DNA of 64,000 nucleotides from an uncultured Alphaproteobacteria bacterium (GTDB lineage: Bacteria > Pseudomonadota > Alphaproteobacteria > ATCC43930 > CGMCC-115725): NCBI GenBank assembly GCA_963712835.1, contig CAVQJJ010000010.1:42950-106949 (forward strand), given 5' to 3'. The notes beneath the pieces were generated by a model. The model had not been told where the DNA came from. It made no database searches and saw nothing but the letters and a program-made list of their open reading frames with translations. Below are positions 10,579-22,186 of the stretch, piece after piece. How positions within the stretch are numbered: position 1 is the first letter of the stretch; the number at the start of each line of letters is the position of its first letter. A program made the translations under genes and the position numbers.

Positions 10579-10941
10579 ATGGCAGACGATCCGCGGCTTT
10601 TCTATGACCGCCATATTTTCATGTGCAACAACGTGCGGCCCGAGGGCCATCCGCGAGGCTGCTGCATGGCGCGCGCCGAGGCCGCCGGCGGCTTCGATAA
10701 GTTGCGCGGCTATGCGCGTGAGAAGGCGCGGCAGATGGGCATCCAGAACGTGCGTTTCAACGCCGCCGGCTGCCTCGACCGTTGCGAGTTCGGCCCCAAC
10801 CTGGTGATTTACCCGGAAGGCGTCTGGTATACGTTCAAGTCGCAAGCGGACATCGACGAGATACTGGAAACGCACCTCAAGAATGGCGCGCGGGTGGAGC
10901 GGTTGATGCTGCAGCCCGACCAGCTGCCGCCGAAGCACTGA
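10579..10941 (+). CDS. thioredoxin-like [2Fe-2S] ferredoxin-domain protein
   Basis: 120 aa. [32 protein letters not shown] gives the Cys pattern of (2Fe-2S) ferredoxin-like proteins. Confidence 0.8.
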   Translation: MADDPRLFYDRHIFMCNNVRPEGHPRGCCMARAEAAGGFDKLRGYAREKARQMGIQNVRFNAAGCLDRCEFGPNLVIYPEGVWYTFKSQADIDEILETHLKNGARVERLMLQPDQLPPKH

Positions 10942-10969
10942 GGAAACTGTCGCGCCAGCTTCGGCAACC

Positions 10970-12271
10970 GATACGATCTTCGCCCCGGCGACCGCGCCGG
11001 GGCGCGCGGCGATCGCCATCGTCAGAATGAGTGGCCCGCTAGCCGGGCCGTCGCTCGCCGCGCTGGTCGGCGAACTGCCGCCGCCGCGCCGGGCGCGGCA
11101 CACGCGGTTGCGCGACCCCGACAGCGGCGCCGCGATCGACGACGGCATCGCACTGTGGTTTCCGGCACCGCATAGTGTCACCGGCGAGGATGTCGCCGAG
11201 CTCCACGTGCATGGCAGCCGTGCGGTTATCGCGGCGCTGATTGAGGTGCTGCAGCGCCGGGCGCTGCGCCTCGCGGAACCTGGTGAGTTCACCCGCCGCG
11301 CCTTTTTCAATGATAAGCTCGATCTGGTGCAGGCCGAGGCGATCGCCGATCTCACCGCGGCCGAGACCGATGCGCAACGCCGCCAGGCGCTACGCCAACT
11401 CGACGGCGAACTCGGCGCGATCTATCGCGGCTGGTCGGCCCGGCTGTTGCGGGTGCTGGCGCATCTCGAGGCGGCGATCGATTTTCCCGATGAAGATCTG
11501 CCGCCAACGATCGAGGCGGAGGTGGCTCGCGAAACCGGGGCGCTGGCGACCGAGATTGGCGTTCATCTCGCCGATGGGCGGCGTGGCGAACGGCTGCGCG
11601 ACGGTATCACCATCGCCATCATCGGCCCGCCTAATGCTGGAAAATCGAGTTTGTTGAATAAATTAGCACAGCGTGAGGCAGCGATCACGTCGCCTATCGC
11701 GGGGACGACGCGCGATGTGATCGAGATCGCGATCGATCTCGGCGGTTATCCGGTTGTGCTCGCCGATACGGCGGGGCTGCACGAGAGCGCCGACCGCGTC
11801 GAGCAGGAAGGGCTACGCCGCGCGCTTGCTCGCGCCGAGGCGGCGGAGCTGCGACTGTTCGTATTCGATGCGCATCGGCCAGAAGGTGCTGAAGGCGCGG
11901 CGGCCTGGCCAAGCCGCGACACGCTGCTCGTCGCCAACAAGATCGACCTCGGCGGTCGCTCCGCCCTACCACCCGGCGCGCTGGCGGTGTCAGCGTTGAC
12001 CGGCGCCGGGCTGGATACACTGATAGCGACCCTGACGGAAAGAGTTGACGCTAATTACGATATCGCCGCACCGCTTCTCTCCCGTGCCCGGCACCGCGCG
12101 GCGCTGGAAGAAGCGCGCGATGCGTTGCATCGCGGCCGTGCCGCGCCGTTGCCGGAACTGAAAGCCGAGGATTTGCGCCTGGCGTGGCGCAGCCTCGGCC
12201 GGATCACCGGCTCGGTCGACGTCGAAGATTTGCTCGACGTGATCTTCGCCGATTTCTGCATCGGCAAGTGA
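10970..12271 (+). CDS. mnmE: tRNA modification GTPase MnmE (start codon unresolved; first ATG is at 11027)
   Basis: [17 protein letters not shown]-terminal FCIGK. The conserved MnmE N-terminus [19 protein letters not shown] is encoded in frame upstream of the first ATG, with no ATG/GTG/TTG before it. See finding. Confidence 0.9.
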   Translation, partial: DTIFAPATAPGRAAIAIVRMSGPLAGPSLAALVGELPPPRRARHTRLRDPDSGAAIDDGIALWFPAPHSVTGEDVAELHVHGSRAVIAALIEVLQRRALRLAEPGEFTRRAFFNDKLDLVQAEAIADLTAAETDAQRRQALRQLDGELGAIYRGWSARLLRVLAHLEAAIDFPDEDLPPTIEAEVARETGALATEIGVHLADGRRGERLRDGITIAIIGPPNAGKSSLLNKLAQREAAITSPIAGTTRDVIEIAIDLGGYPVVLADTAGLHESADRVEQEGLRRALARAEAAELRLFVFDAHRPEGAEGAAAWPSRDTLLVANKIDLGGRSALPPGALAVSALTGAGLDTLIATLTERVDANYDIAAPLLSRARHRAALEEARDALHRGRAAPLPELKAEDLRLAWRSLGRITGSVDVEDLLDVIFADFCIGK

Positions 12272-12287
12272 TGTTTCACGTGAAACC
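12272..12287. promoter_or_regulatory. parS: parS centromere-like ParB binding site
   Basis: TGTTTCACGTGAAACC matches the parS consensus TGTTNCACGTGAAACA at 15 of 16 positions. It lies immediately after the mnmE stop codon. Confidence 0.85.
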
Positions 12288-12324
12288 TCGACACGCTGAT
12301 GGCCCCTCCCTACATTTCGCCGCC

Positions 12325-14192
<1,868 letters not shown>

Positions 14193-14196
<4 letters not shown>

Positions 14197-14831
14197 ACGA
14201 AACGCCGCCACTCGGTGCCGAGGGATTCGCCGCGGCCACGGGCGTTTCACGTGAAACAATGGCGCGGCTTAAGGCGTATGCGGCGCTGCTCGCGAGCTGG
14301 TCGGCGCGCATCAATCTCGTCGGCCGCACGACGATGGACGATTTGTGGCGCCGGCATTTTCTCGATTCGGCGCAGCTCCTGCCGCTGATACCGCCGGGGG
14401 TGCGGAGCCTGGTCGACCTCGGCAGTGGCGCGGGTTTTCCGGGTCTGGTGCTGTCGATCCTCGGCGTGCCCGGCGTCGAGCTGATCGAGGCCGATAACCG
14501 CAAGGCGGCATTCCTGCGCGAGGCGGCGCGAATCACCGGGACGGCGACAATTGTCCGCGGCTGCCGGATCGAGGCGGTCGCGCCGCACCAGGCCGATGTC
14601 CTGACAGCCCGCGGCTGCGCGCCGCTCGATCGGCTTTTAACGCTGGGCAAGCGGTTTATCGGCCCTGATACGGTTTGTCTCTTCCCGAAGGGCGCGCGTG
14701 CCGAGGAAGAATTGACCGAGGCCGGCAAAGCCTGGACAATGACCGTGTCGCGACATCCAAGCCGCGCCGACTCGGGCGGATGCATCCTTTTATTGCAGCA
14801 GGTGGCCCCCCGTGAGCCTCGCCGAGACTGA
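14193..14831 (+). CDS. rsmG: 16S rRNA (guanine527-N7)-methyltransferase RsmG (GidB)
   Basis: [25 protein letters not shown]. The GTG start overlaps the mnmG stop (GTGA). Confidence 0.93.
14243..14258. promoter_or_regulatory. parS: parS centromere-like ParB binding site (inside rsmG coding sequence)
   Basis: CGTTTCACGTGAAACA matches the parS consensus at 15 of 16 positions and encodes the VSRET residues of RsmG. Confidence 0.85.
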
Positions 14832-15618
14832 GCTGGCGGCCCGCCCCGATGCGCGCTCGAACGCCCGCGTCGTCGCCGTCGCCAACCAGAAAGGCGGAGT
14901 GGGCAAGACCACCACCGCCGTTAACTTGGCGACCGCCTTTGCCGGGCAAGGACGCCGGGTGTTGGTGGTTGATCTCGACCCGCAGGCCAATGCCACTACT
15001 GGCCTGGGGGTCGAGGGAGGATTTGCGGCGACCAGCTACGAATTATTGCTGGGCGAGGTTGAGCTCGACACGGCGAATGTCGCGAGCGTTGTTTCCGGCT
15101 TGGCGGTAGTGCCGGCCTCGCCGGACCTGGCGGCCGCGGAGATTGAGCTGAGTTCGCGTGCGCGCCGGGAATTTTTATTGGCCCACGCGTTGCGCGGCAA
15201 TATCGGCGCTTACGACGATGTGCTGATCGATTGCCCTCCCTCTCTTAACCTGTTGACAATCAACGCCTTGACTGCGGCGGATCGCATTCTCGTCCCGCTG
15301 CAATGCGAGTTCTACGCTCTCGCCGGGCTCGCTCAACTGATGGGAACGATCGAACGTGTGCAACGGTCGCTGAACCCGCGTCTGGCGTTGCAGGGTGTGG
15401 TGCTGACCATGTACGACCGGCGCAATAATCTCTGCGAGCAGGTTGCCGCGGATGTCCGCGGTCATTTCGGCGAGAAGGTCTACAAGACCATGATTCCGCG
15501 CAATATTCGCGTGTCGGAAGCGCCGTCCTACGGTGTGCCGGTGCTGGTCTACGACCAGCGTTGCGCCGGCGCGCAGGCCTATATGCAGCTGGCCGCGGAG
15601 ATCCGCGCGCATGAATAG
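14812..15618 (+). CDS. parA: chromosome partitioning ATPase ParA (Soj)
   Basis: VAVANQKGGVGKTTTAVNLA (deviant Walker A), VVDLDPQANAT. The GTG start overlaps the rsmG end. Confidence 0.95.
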   Translation: MSLAETELAARPDARSNARVVAVANQKGGVGKTTTAVNLATAFAGQGRRVLVVDLDPQANATTGLGVEGGFAATSYELLLGEVELDTANVASVVSGLAVVPASPDLAAAEIELSSRARREFLLAHALRGNIGAYDDVLIDCPPSLNLLTINALTAADRILVPLQCEFYALAGLAQLMGTIERVQRSLNPRLALQGVVLTMYDRRNNLCEQVAADVRGHFGEKVYKTMIPRNIRVSEAPSYGVPVLVYDQRCAGAQAYMQLAAEIRAHE

Positions 15619-16468
15619 CCCGCGGCGACAATCGCTTGGCCGCGGGCTGGCGGCGCTGTTCGGCGAAGCCGAAGGCCGCGCCGGCGACGGCGGCGGATCG
15701 GTGCGCGATGTCGCAATCGAATTGATCCGGCCTGGCGCGTTCCAGCCGCGCCGGCATTTCAACGAAGAGGAACTTGAGGCGCTGGCGCGATCGGTGCGCG
15801 AGAAAGGCGTCTTGCAGCCGCTACTGGTGCGTCCGGTGGATGAGGCGGAAGCGGCGTTCGAGTTGATCGCCGGCGAGCGGCGGTGGCGAGCGGCCCAGCG
15901 CGCCGGGCTGCATACAGTGCCGGTTTTGGTACGGACGCTCGGCGATGTCGAGGCGCTCGAGATAGCGCTGATCGAGAATCTTCAACGCGAAGATTTGACT
16001 TCTCTCGAAGAAGCAGAAGCCTATCGGCGGCTGGTCGACGAATTCGGCCGCACCCAGGGCAATATAGCGGAGGCGCTTGGCAAGAGCCGCAGCCACGTCG
16101 CGAACACAATGAGATTGCTGGCTTTGCCGGATTTCGTCCGGCGCCGTCTCGAAGAAGGGGCGTTGAGCGCTGGGCATGCGCGCGCCTTGCTCGCGGCGGA
16201 CAATCCCACGGAATTGGCTGCCGAGATCATCCGCCGCGGGTTCAACGTCCGGGTCACCGAGCAGCTGGTGAAACGCCGCGCAACACCGCGCCGCGCGAGC
16301 CTGCGTCAGGCGCGCGATGCCGATACTTTGGCGCTGGAGCGGGAAATGAGCCAGGTGCTAGGGCTGCGCGTGACGATCGCCGGCAAGGCGCGCGGAGGGG
16401 CGCTGACCTTGCACTACGCCAATCTCGATCAGCTCGACCGGCTGTTGGCGCTGCTGCGCGCCGCCTGA
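15611..16468 (+). CDS. parB: chromosome partitioning protein ParB (Spo0J)
   Basis: LGRGLAALFG, GERRWRAA, ENLQREDL. The ATG at 15611 overlaps the parA stop (ATGAATAG). Confidence 0.95.
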   Translation: MNSPRRQSLGRGLAALFGEAEGRAGDGGGSVRDVAIELIRPGAFQPRRHFNEEELEALARSVREKGVLQPLLVRPVDEAEAAFELIAGERRWRAAQRAGLHTVPVLVRTLGDVEALEIALIENLQREDLTSLEEAEAYRRLVDEFGRTQGNIAEALGKSRSHVANTMRLLALPDFVRRRLEEGALSAGHARALLAADNPTELAAEIIRRGFNVRVTEQLVKRRATPRRASLRQARDADTLALEREMSQVLGLRVTIAGKARGGALTLHYANLDQLDRLLALLRAA

Positions 16469-17484
16469 GGCCGAGCCCGCCGCGCCATCGCCAGCAACGC
16501 CGCACGGCAGGCGGTTTCCGCGGGAACGCCCGTCGTCTTGAGCTGGGTCTCGGCTTCGGCAAGCGCGTCGAGCTGTTGTCGCAGTCGCGGCTCGCGCCAC
16601 TGCATCAACTGGCGGCGAAAGCTGTCCTGCTGCTTGAAAAAAATGGGCGGGCGTGCGCTGCGCAGCACGCTGTCCACCGATTCCCCGGCGGCGGCGCGGG
16701 CGCTGAGCACGTGGAGCCGCTGCATGTGACGCAGCGTCGCGCGGATCACCGAGACTGGCGATTCTCCCTCCTCAAACACGCGCGAGAGGGCGCGGTCGAG
16801 CGCAGAGCTATCGCCCTCGGCGGCGGCAAGCACCGCGTCATCGAGCGACAGCGCGGCGCTGTCGGCGATCGACAACTGCGCATCCTCAAGTTCGACCCGG
16901 CCGCCATCTCCCGCGTAAAGCGCCAGTTTTTCGAGCTCGCCGCGTGTCAGGAGGCGATCGCCGCCGAGATGCGAGACGAGAAAATCCAGCGCATCGCGGC
17001 TCGCGGTAATGCGGTGCGCGGCGAACGTCTCGCGAATCACCTCGGCAAGGTCGCGGGCATTGTCGGGATAACATCCGATCGCGACCGCACAAGCTGCATC
17101 GTCGAACAACCGGCGCAACGCGCCGCGTGCTGGCAAGTCGCCGGCCTCCGCGACCACCAGCCCATCTCCCGGCGGGTCAGCGAGGAACCGGCCGAACACA
17201 GTGATTTGCGCGTCGCCGATCTCGCGCACTCGGACCAATCGTTTGCCGCCCATTAAGCTGATCTGCGCCGCCTCGTCGTAAAGCCGCGCCGGGTCGGTGG
17301 TAAGCACCGCGCCGGTCAAATCGGCGACACGGAACGGGTCGTGCAGGTCGGATGCGACGGAGCGGCCGAGGGCATCGGCGCGTTCGCGCACCAACCCGGC
17401 ATCGGGGCCGTACAGCAGCACGGCGCGAATAGCAGGGTCGGGGCGGCGCAGAAACCCTTCGACCCGGCCCGCCGCCAGCTTCAC
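16429..17484 (-). CDS. holA: DNA polymerase III subunit delta
   Basis: LLYGPDAGLVRERA..SLMGGKRLVRV are HolA features in the conserved leuS-lptE-holA order. The GTG at 17484 overlaps the lptE stop (GTGA). The 3' end overlaps convergent parB by 40 nt. Confidence 0.82.
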   Translation of the reverse strand: MKLAAGRVEGFLRRPDPAIRAVLLYGPDAGLVRERADALGRSVASDLHDPFRVADLTGAVLTTDPARLYDEAAQISLMGGKRLVRVREIGDAQITVFGRFLADPPGDGLVVAEAGDLPARGALRRLFDDAACAVAIGCYPDNARDLAEVIRETFAAHRITASRDALDFLVSHLGGDRLLTRGELEKLALYAGDGGRVELEDAQLSIADSAALSLDDAVLAAAEGDSSALDRALSRVFEEGESPVSVIRATLRHMQRLHVLSARAAAGESVDSVLRSARPPIFFKQQDSFRRQLMQWREPRLRQQLDALAEAETQLKTTGVPAETACRAALLAMARRARPQAARSSANSRSS

Positions 17485-18008
17485 GACGCGGTCCGCTCCG
17501 TGTTTTGCATGAACATGGTCAACCGGGCGACCATCTCGCGGCGGAGTTCCTCGACGCACCGCACCTTGGCATCGTCCTGAGCGACGACCGTGCTATAGCC
17601 GTTCGCCTGGATGTCGAACGAGTTCGAGGTATGGATCGAGTTGACCTGCAGCTGCTTGTTGTCGGCGATTTGGACGAGGCGATAGGTGGCGTTGAGCTGC
17701 ACCTCGCCGCGGGTCCCAAGACCTTGCGACTGGATGTTGAGATCCTGCAATACCGTCATCAGCGTGACGCTCAAATTGTACCGCGGCTTGGTTTCGATCC
17801 CGTCCGGATTGAACGACTGGCGCAACCCCGTTTCCAGCATCTGCCCGATGCGCTCGGGGATCGGCAGCACCTTGATCGCGCGCAAATCCGCGCTGCCCTT
17901 GCCAGTCTGCGGGTCGGCGTAGAGCGGCTCCCAGCCGCAGCCGGCGAGGGCCGGCAGCGCCAGCGACAGCGGAAGAAGCTGCACGAGCAGCCGGCGCCGG
18001 GCGATCAC
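17481..18008 (-). CDS. lptE: LPS assembly lipoprotein LptE
   Basis: 175 aa with lipobox LPALAGC, positioned between leuS and holA. Confidence 0.8.
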   Translation of the reverse strand: MIARRRLLVQLLPLSLALPALAGCGWEPLYADPQTGKGSADLRAIKVLPIPERIGQMLETGLRQSFNPDGIETKPRYNLSVTLMTVLQDLNIQSQGLGTRGEVQLNATYRLVQIADNKQLQVNSIHTSNSFDIQANGYSTVVAQDDAKVRCVEELRREMVARLTMFMQNTERTAS

Positions 18009-18009
18009 G

Positions 18010-20571
18010 TCACGCCACCACGCTGACGATGCGGTTGGGCACGACCACCACCTTTCTCGGGGCCTTGCCGTCGAGCAGACGGGTGACCTGCGGTAGCGCC
18101 AGCGCCGCCTCCTCCACTTCGCTCACCGCCGCGTCGCGCGGCAGGTCGAGCGTCGCGCGCAGCTTGCCGTTGACCTGCACCGCGATCGTCACCTGCTCGT
18201 CGCGGGCGAGGCCGGCATCGGCTTGCGGCCACGGCACGTCGGCGAGCAGGTCATCATGCCCGAGATGCTGCCACATTTCTTCGGCGAGGTGCGGCATCAT
18301 TGGGCCGAGCAGCCGCGTAACGGTCTCCAGCCCCTCCCGCATCACGGCGCCGGCCGCGATATCGCCGTCGGCGATGCCTTCGAGCGTGTTGCTCAGCTCG
18401 CGAATGCGGGCGACCGCCCGGTTGAAGCGAAACTTGTCGATGTCGTCGGTGACCGCGGCGATCGTCTTGTGTGTCGCCCGCCGGATCGCCGCGAGCGCCG
18501 GCGACAGATCGGCGGGAATCGCGGCGCCGACCGGCGGCAGCGCGAATGTCGGTTCGGACACCAGCCGCCACAGCCGGTTGACGTAGCGCCAGATACCCTC
18601 GATGCCGGTATCGGTCCATTCCAGATCACGCTCCGGCGGGCTGTCGGACAGCAGATAGAGCCGCGCCGTGTCGGCGCCGTAGGTATCGACGATGTCGTCG
18701 AGGCCGACCACGTTCTTTTTGGATTTGCTCATCTTTTCGAGGCGTCCGGCGACCACCGGCCGCCCGGCCGCGTCGCTGAGCCGCCCGGCGGGATCGGTGG
18801 TCACCTCTTCGGGGAAGAGCCATTCCCCTTCGGCGTTCTGATAGGTCTGGTGGCAGACCATCCCCTGGGTGAACAGGCCGGCGAACGGCTCCTCGAGATC
18901 GAGATAGCCGCACTCTTTGAGCGCCCGCATGAAGAAGCGCGAATAGAGCAGATGCAGCACGGCATGCTCGATCCCGCCGATATACTGGTCGACCGGCATC
19001 CAGTACTGCGCCGCGTCGCGCTCGAAGGCGACCGGTGCCCGCGCCGAGCAAAAGCGCACGAAATACCAGGACGATTCGAAAAACGTGTCGAATGTGTCGG
19101 TCTCGCGGGTCGCTGGTTTGCCGCATCGCGGGCAGATGACGTGCTTCCAAGTCGGGTGCCGGTCGAGCGGGTTGCCGGGCGTAGCGAAATCGACATCGTC
19201 GGGCAGCTTGACCGGCAGGTCGCTCTCGGGCACCGGAACGATGCCGCAATCGGCGCAATGGATGACCGGAATCGGGCAGCCCCAATAGCGCTGGCGCGAA
19301 ACGCCCCAGTCGCGCAGTCGATAAGCGATCGTCCGCTCGCCGGCGCCCGAGGTTTCGAGCCGCTCGCCGACGGCTCGTTTGGCGTCGGCTACAGTCAATC
19401 CATTGAGAAAACTTGAATTGATGACCGTTCCGTCATCGACATAGGCGATGTCGCCGATCGCGAAGCTCGCGGGATCGGCGGTCGGCGGCAAAACCACGGG
19501 AACGACCGGGAGCTTGTATTTGCGCGCGAAGTCGAGATCACGCTGATCATGCGCCGGGCAGCCGAAAATCGCGCCGGTGCCGTATTCCATCAGCACGAAA
19601 TTGGCGATGTAGACCGGTACGCGGCGGGTTTTGTCGAGCGGATGGATCGCCTCGACGCGGGCATCGTAGCCGCGTTTTTCGGCGGTCTCGATCGCTTCCT
19701 CGCTGGTGCCGACGCGGTCGCATTCAGCGATGAACTCCGCGAGCGCGGGCTCCTTTTTCGCCAGCGCCTCGGCAAACGGGTGATGCGGAGAGAGCGCGAG
19801 GAAGGCCGCGCCGTACAGCGTATCGGGCCGGGTGGTGAAGACCTCGATCGTGCTCTTGCCGTCGCTGAGCGCCCATTGCACCCGGGCGCCCTCGGAGCGG
19901 CCGATCCAATGCTCCTGCATCAGCCGGACGCGTTCGGGCCAGCGATCCAAGGTTTTCAGCGCGTCGAGCAGCTCGTCGCTGTATTTGGTGATGCGCAAAT
20001 TCCATTGCGCCAGCAGACGTTTTTCGACGAGCGCGCCGGTGCGCCAGCCGCGTCCTTCGATGACCTGCTCGTTCGCCAGCACGGTATGGTCGACCGGATC
20101 CCAATTGACCCACGACTCCTTGCGGTAGGCGAGGCCATTCGCCAGGAAGTCGAGGAACATCTTCTGTTCGTGCCGGTAGTATTGCGGATGGCAGGTCGCG
20201 ATCTCGCGCGCCCAGTCATAGGCGAAGCCCATGCGCTGCAGCTGCGCGCGCATCGTGGCGATATTTTCCGCCGTCCAGATCGCCGGGTGGATGCCGCCGG
20301 CGATCGCCGCGTTCTCCGCCGGCAAGCCGAACGCGTCCCAGCCCATCGGATGCAGCACGTTGTAGCCGCGGGCCCGGCGGTAGCGGGCGACGAGATCGCC
20401 CATGGTGTAATTGCGGACGTGCCCGACGTGAAGCTTTCCCGACGGGTAGGGAAACATCTCGAGCACATAATATTTCGGCCGCGCCGGGTCGTGCCGCGAG
20501 GCAAATGTCTGACGCTCGCGCCAGCGCTGCTGCCACTTCGCCTCGCTCTCTCGAAAATTGTACCGCGACAT
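18010..20571 (-). CDS. leuS: leucine--tRNA ligase
   Basis: [29 protein letters not shown] (HIGH) and KMSKSK (KMSKS). Start taken at ATG 20571, not the 968-aa track start. Confidence 0.97.
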   Translation of the reverse strand: MSRYNFRESEAKWQQRWRERQTFASRHDPARPKYYVLEMFPYPSGKLHVGHVRNYTMGDLVARYRRARGYNVLHPMGWDAFGLPAENAAIAGGIHPAIWTAENIATMRAQLQRMGFAYDWAREIATCHPQYYRHEQKMFLDFLANGLAYRKESWVNWDPVDHTVLANEQVIEGRGWRTGALVEKRLLAQWNLRITKYSDELLDALKTLDRWPERVRLMQEHWIGRSEGARVQWALSDGKSTIEVFTTRPDTLYGAAFLALSPHHPFAEALAKKEPALAEFIAECDRVGTSEEAIETAEKRGYDARVEAIHPLDKTRRVPVYIANFVLMEYGTGAIFGCPAHDQRDLDFARKYKLPVVPVVLPPTADPASFAIGDIAYVDDGTVINSSFLNGLTVADAKRAVGERLETSGAGERTIAYRLRDWGVSRQRYWGCPIPVIHCADCGIVPVPESDLPVKLPDDVDFATPGNPLDRHPTWKHVICPRCGKPATRETDTFDTFFESSWYFVRFCSARAPVAFERDAAQYWMPVDQYIGGIEHAVLHLLYSRFFMRALKECGYLDLEEPFAGLFTQGMVCHQTYQNAEGEWLFPEEVTTDPAGRLSDAAGRPVVAGRLEKMSKSKKNVVGLDDIVDTYGADTARLYLLSDSPPERDLEWTDTGIEGIWRYVNRLWRLVSEPTFALPPVGAAIPADLSPALAAIRRATHKTIAAVTDDIDKFRFNRAVARIRELSNTLEGIADGDIAAGAVMREGLETVTRLLGPMMPHLAEEMWQHLGHDDLLADVPWPQADAGLARDEQVTIAVQVNGKLRATLDLPRDAAVSEVEEAALALPQVTRLLDGKAPRKVVVVPNRIVSVVA

Positions 20572-20603
20572 GCTCAATCCCGGGCGGTTGGGCCGCCTGA
20601 CAG

Positions 20604-21173
20604 CTATTGTTGTTCCTCGCGAATGCGCGCGATGTGAATTTGCCGCGCCCGTTGGAGGATATCGTTCTCGAGGCTGTCGACGGCAGCCTCGTCGATTGTC
20701 GCACCCTTCCACTGCCCGGAAGGATCGCGGGTCTGGCGCTCGATCGTGACAACGAGCGAATCCGACCGCAGCGCGCGCGACTTGATAAAGACGGTAACCC
20801 GCATGCGCTCGTCGGTCTTGCCCTTTGGCGAATACCAATTGGTGACCGCCAATCCGGCCATCGGGTCGAGCGAATCCATGCCCGCAAACTGCAGCGTATC
20901 GAGCATTGCCTGCCATAGCACCGGGCTGACGCCGGGGCCGGTTTGCGGGCCGGAATCAGGCTGCTGCTGCTTGGCGATGTGAAGGAAGGTCCAGATGTTC
21001 CCTTCGGTGTTCTCCTCCCCTGCGGGGGCGGCTGACGCCTGCTGCTGCTCGGGCTGCGGCAGTTGGGCGACGGTCGCGTCGGACTGTGTTGTTTTTGTCG
21101 CGGAGCATCCGCCGGCCAGCAAGGAAAGGCTTGTGGCGAAGGCGATCAGCAAGCGGTAATACGGGGCCGGCAT
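20604..21173 (-). CDS. DUF3576-family lipoprotein
   Basis: 189 aa with lipobox [30 protein letters not shown] resembles the DUF3576 proteins usually found next to leuS in alphaproteobacteria. Confidence 0.7.
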   Translation of the reverse strand: MPAPYYRLLIAFATSLSLLAGGCSATKTTQSDATVAQLPQPEQQQASAAPAGEENTEGNIWTFLHIAKQQQPDSGPQTGPGVSPVLWQAMLDTLQFAGMDSLDPMAGLAVTNWYSPKGKTDERMRVTVFIKSRALRSDSLVVTIERQTRDPSGQWKGATIDEAAVDSLENDILQRARQIHIARIREEQQ

Positions 21174-21232
21174 GAGCGTATCCTGTGCAGGCGCGGCAGC
21201 TTCGTTGGGTTTTTGCCAGGAATGGAGCCGTT

Positions 21233-21922
21233 ATGGAAGAGGTGATCGCTGCCAATTTGAGTGGCGTCCAGGCGCGAATCGCGGCAGCGGCGCGGGTCGT
21301 CCACCGTTCCGCCGATGCGGTAACGTTGGTCGCGGTCAGCAAGACCAAGCCGCAAAGCGCCGTGCGCGCCGCGCTCGCCGCCGGTCAGCGCGTCTTCGGC
21401 GAGAACCGGGTACAGGAAGCGCTTGAGAAATTTCCCGGCCCGCGAAACGAATTTCCCGATCTCGCGCTGCATTTGATCGGTCCGCTACAGACTAACAAGG
21501 TCAAGGATGCGGTGGCGCATTTCGATGTCATCGAGACAGTCGATCGGCCCCGCCTCGCCGAGGCGTTGGCGCGCGAGATGGAGCGCAGCGGCAAGCGCCC
21601 GTCCTGCTTGATCGAGGTCAACACCGGCGAAGAACCGCAAAAAGCCGGCGTGCTTCCCGCCGCGACGGACGAATTTATCGCCGATTGCCGCGATCGGCTC
21701 GGCCTTCCGATCGGGGGGCTGATGTGCATCCCGCCGCACGACGAGGAGCCATCGCCCTATTTCGCGCTGCTGCGCGAGATCGCCCGGCGCAACAACCTCG
21801 CGGTATTGAGCATGGGAATGAGCGCCGATTTCGAGACCGCGATCCGCTTTGGCGCGACGCATGTCCGGGTCGGCACGGCGGTGTTCGGCGCGCGGAAGTC
21901 CTATCCCGCGGCGGCGAAGTGA
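21233..21922 (+). CDS. yggS: YggS-family pyridoxal phosphate homeostasis protein
   Basis: LVAVSKTKP (PLP lysine), HLIGPLQTNK, LSMGMSADF..A. Start at ATG 21233. Confidence 0.9.
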   Translation: MEEVIAANLSGVQARIAAAARVVHRSADAVTLVAVSKTKPQSAVRAALAAGQRVFGENRVQEALEKFPGPRNEFPDLALHLIGPLQTNKVKDAVAHFDVIETVDRPRLAEALAREMERSGKRPSCLIEVNTGEEPQKAGVLPAATDEFIADCRDRLGLPIGGLMCIPPHDEEPSPYFALLREIARRNNLAVLSMGMSADFETAIRFGATHVRVGTAVFGARKSYPAAAK

Positions 21923-22142
21923 CGAACACGGGGATCCATTAATCAAGCGCGCGAACGATTGAAAGATTAGCCCAAGCGTCTCTGAAACAAGGGACCGCTG
22001 TGGGTGATTCTGCGGATGAACCGGGGATAAGTGCAGCTTCTTGGGGATAGCGCTGTGGAAGCGAAACCGAGCGGTTGCCGCGGCGTCTCGGGTTGCTAAT
22101 CTCTCGAGGTCGATGCGGAAGAGGGGTGCTTCCGCCGCGCAA

Positions 22143-22184
22143 GCGGGCGATCCGGATGGGGGAGGGTCGCCCGCTTTTTTGTTT
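22143..22184 (+). terminator. intrinsic terminator (plus-strand orientation)
   Basis: 8-bp GC stem GCGGGCGA (22143-22150) / TCGCCCGC (22167-22174), followed by TTTTTTGTTT. Confidence 0.6.
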
Positions 22185-22186
22185 GA

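Noticed and set aside
10927-10945. Idea that mnmE is expressed as a +1 frameshift fusion with the upstream ferredoxin-like gene (CAC TGA G context).
   Set aside because: There is no slippery sequence or internal SD comparable to prfB-type sites. tRNA re-pairing from CAC to ACT is implausible, and no such fusion is known to me.
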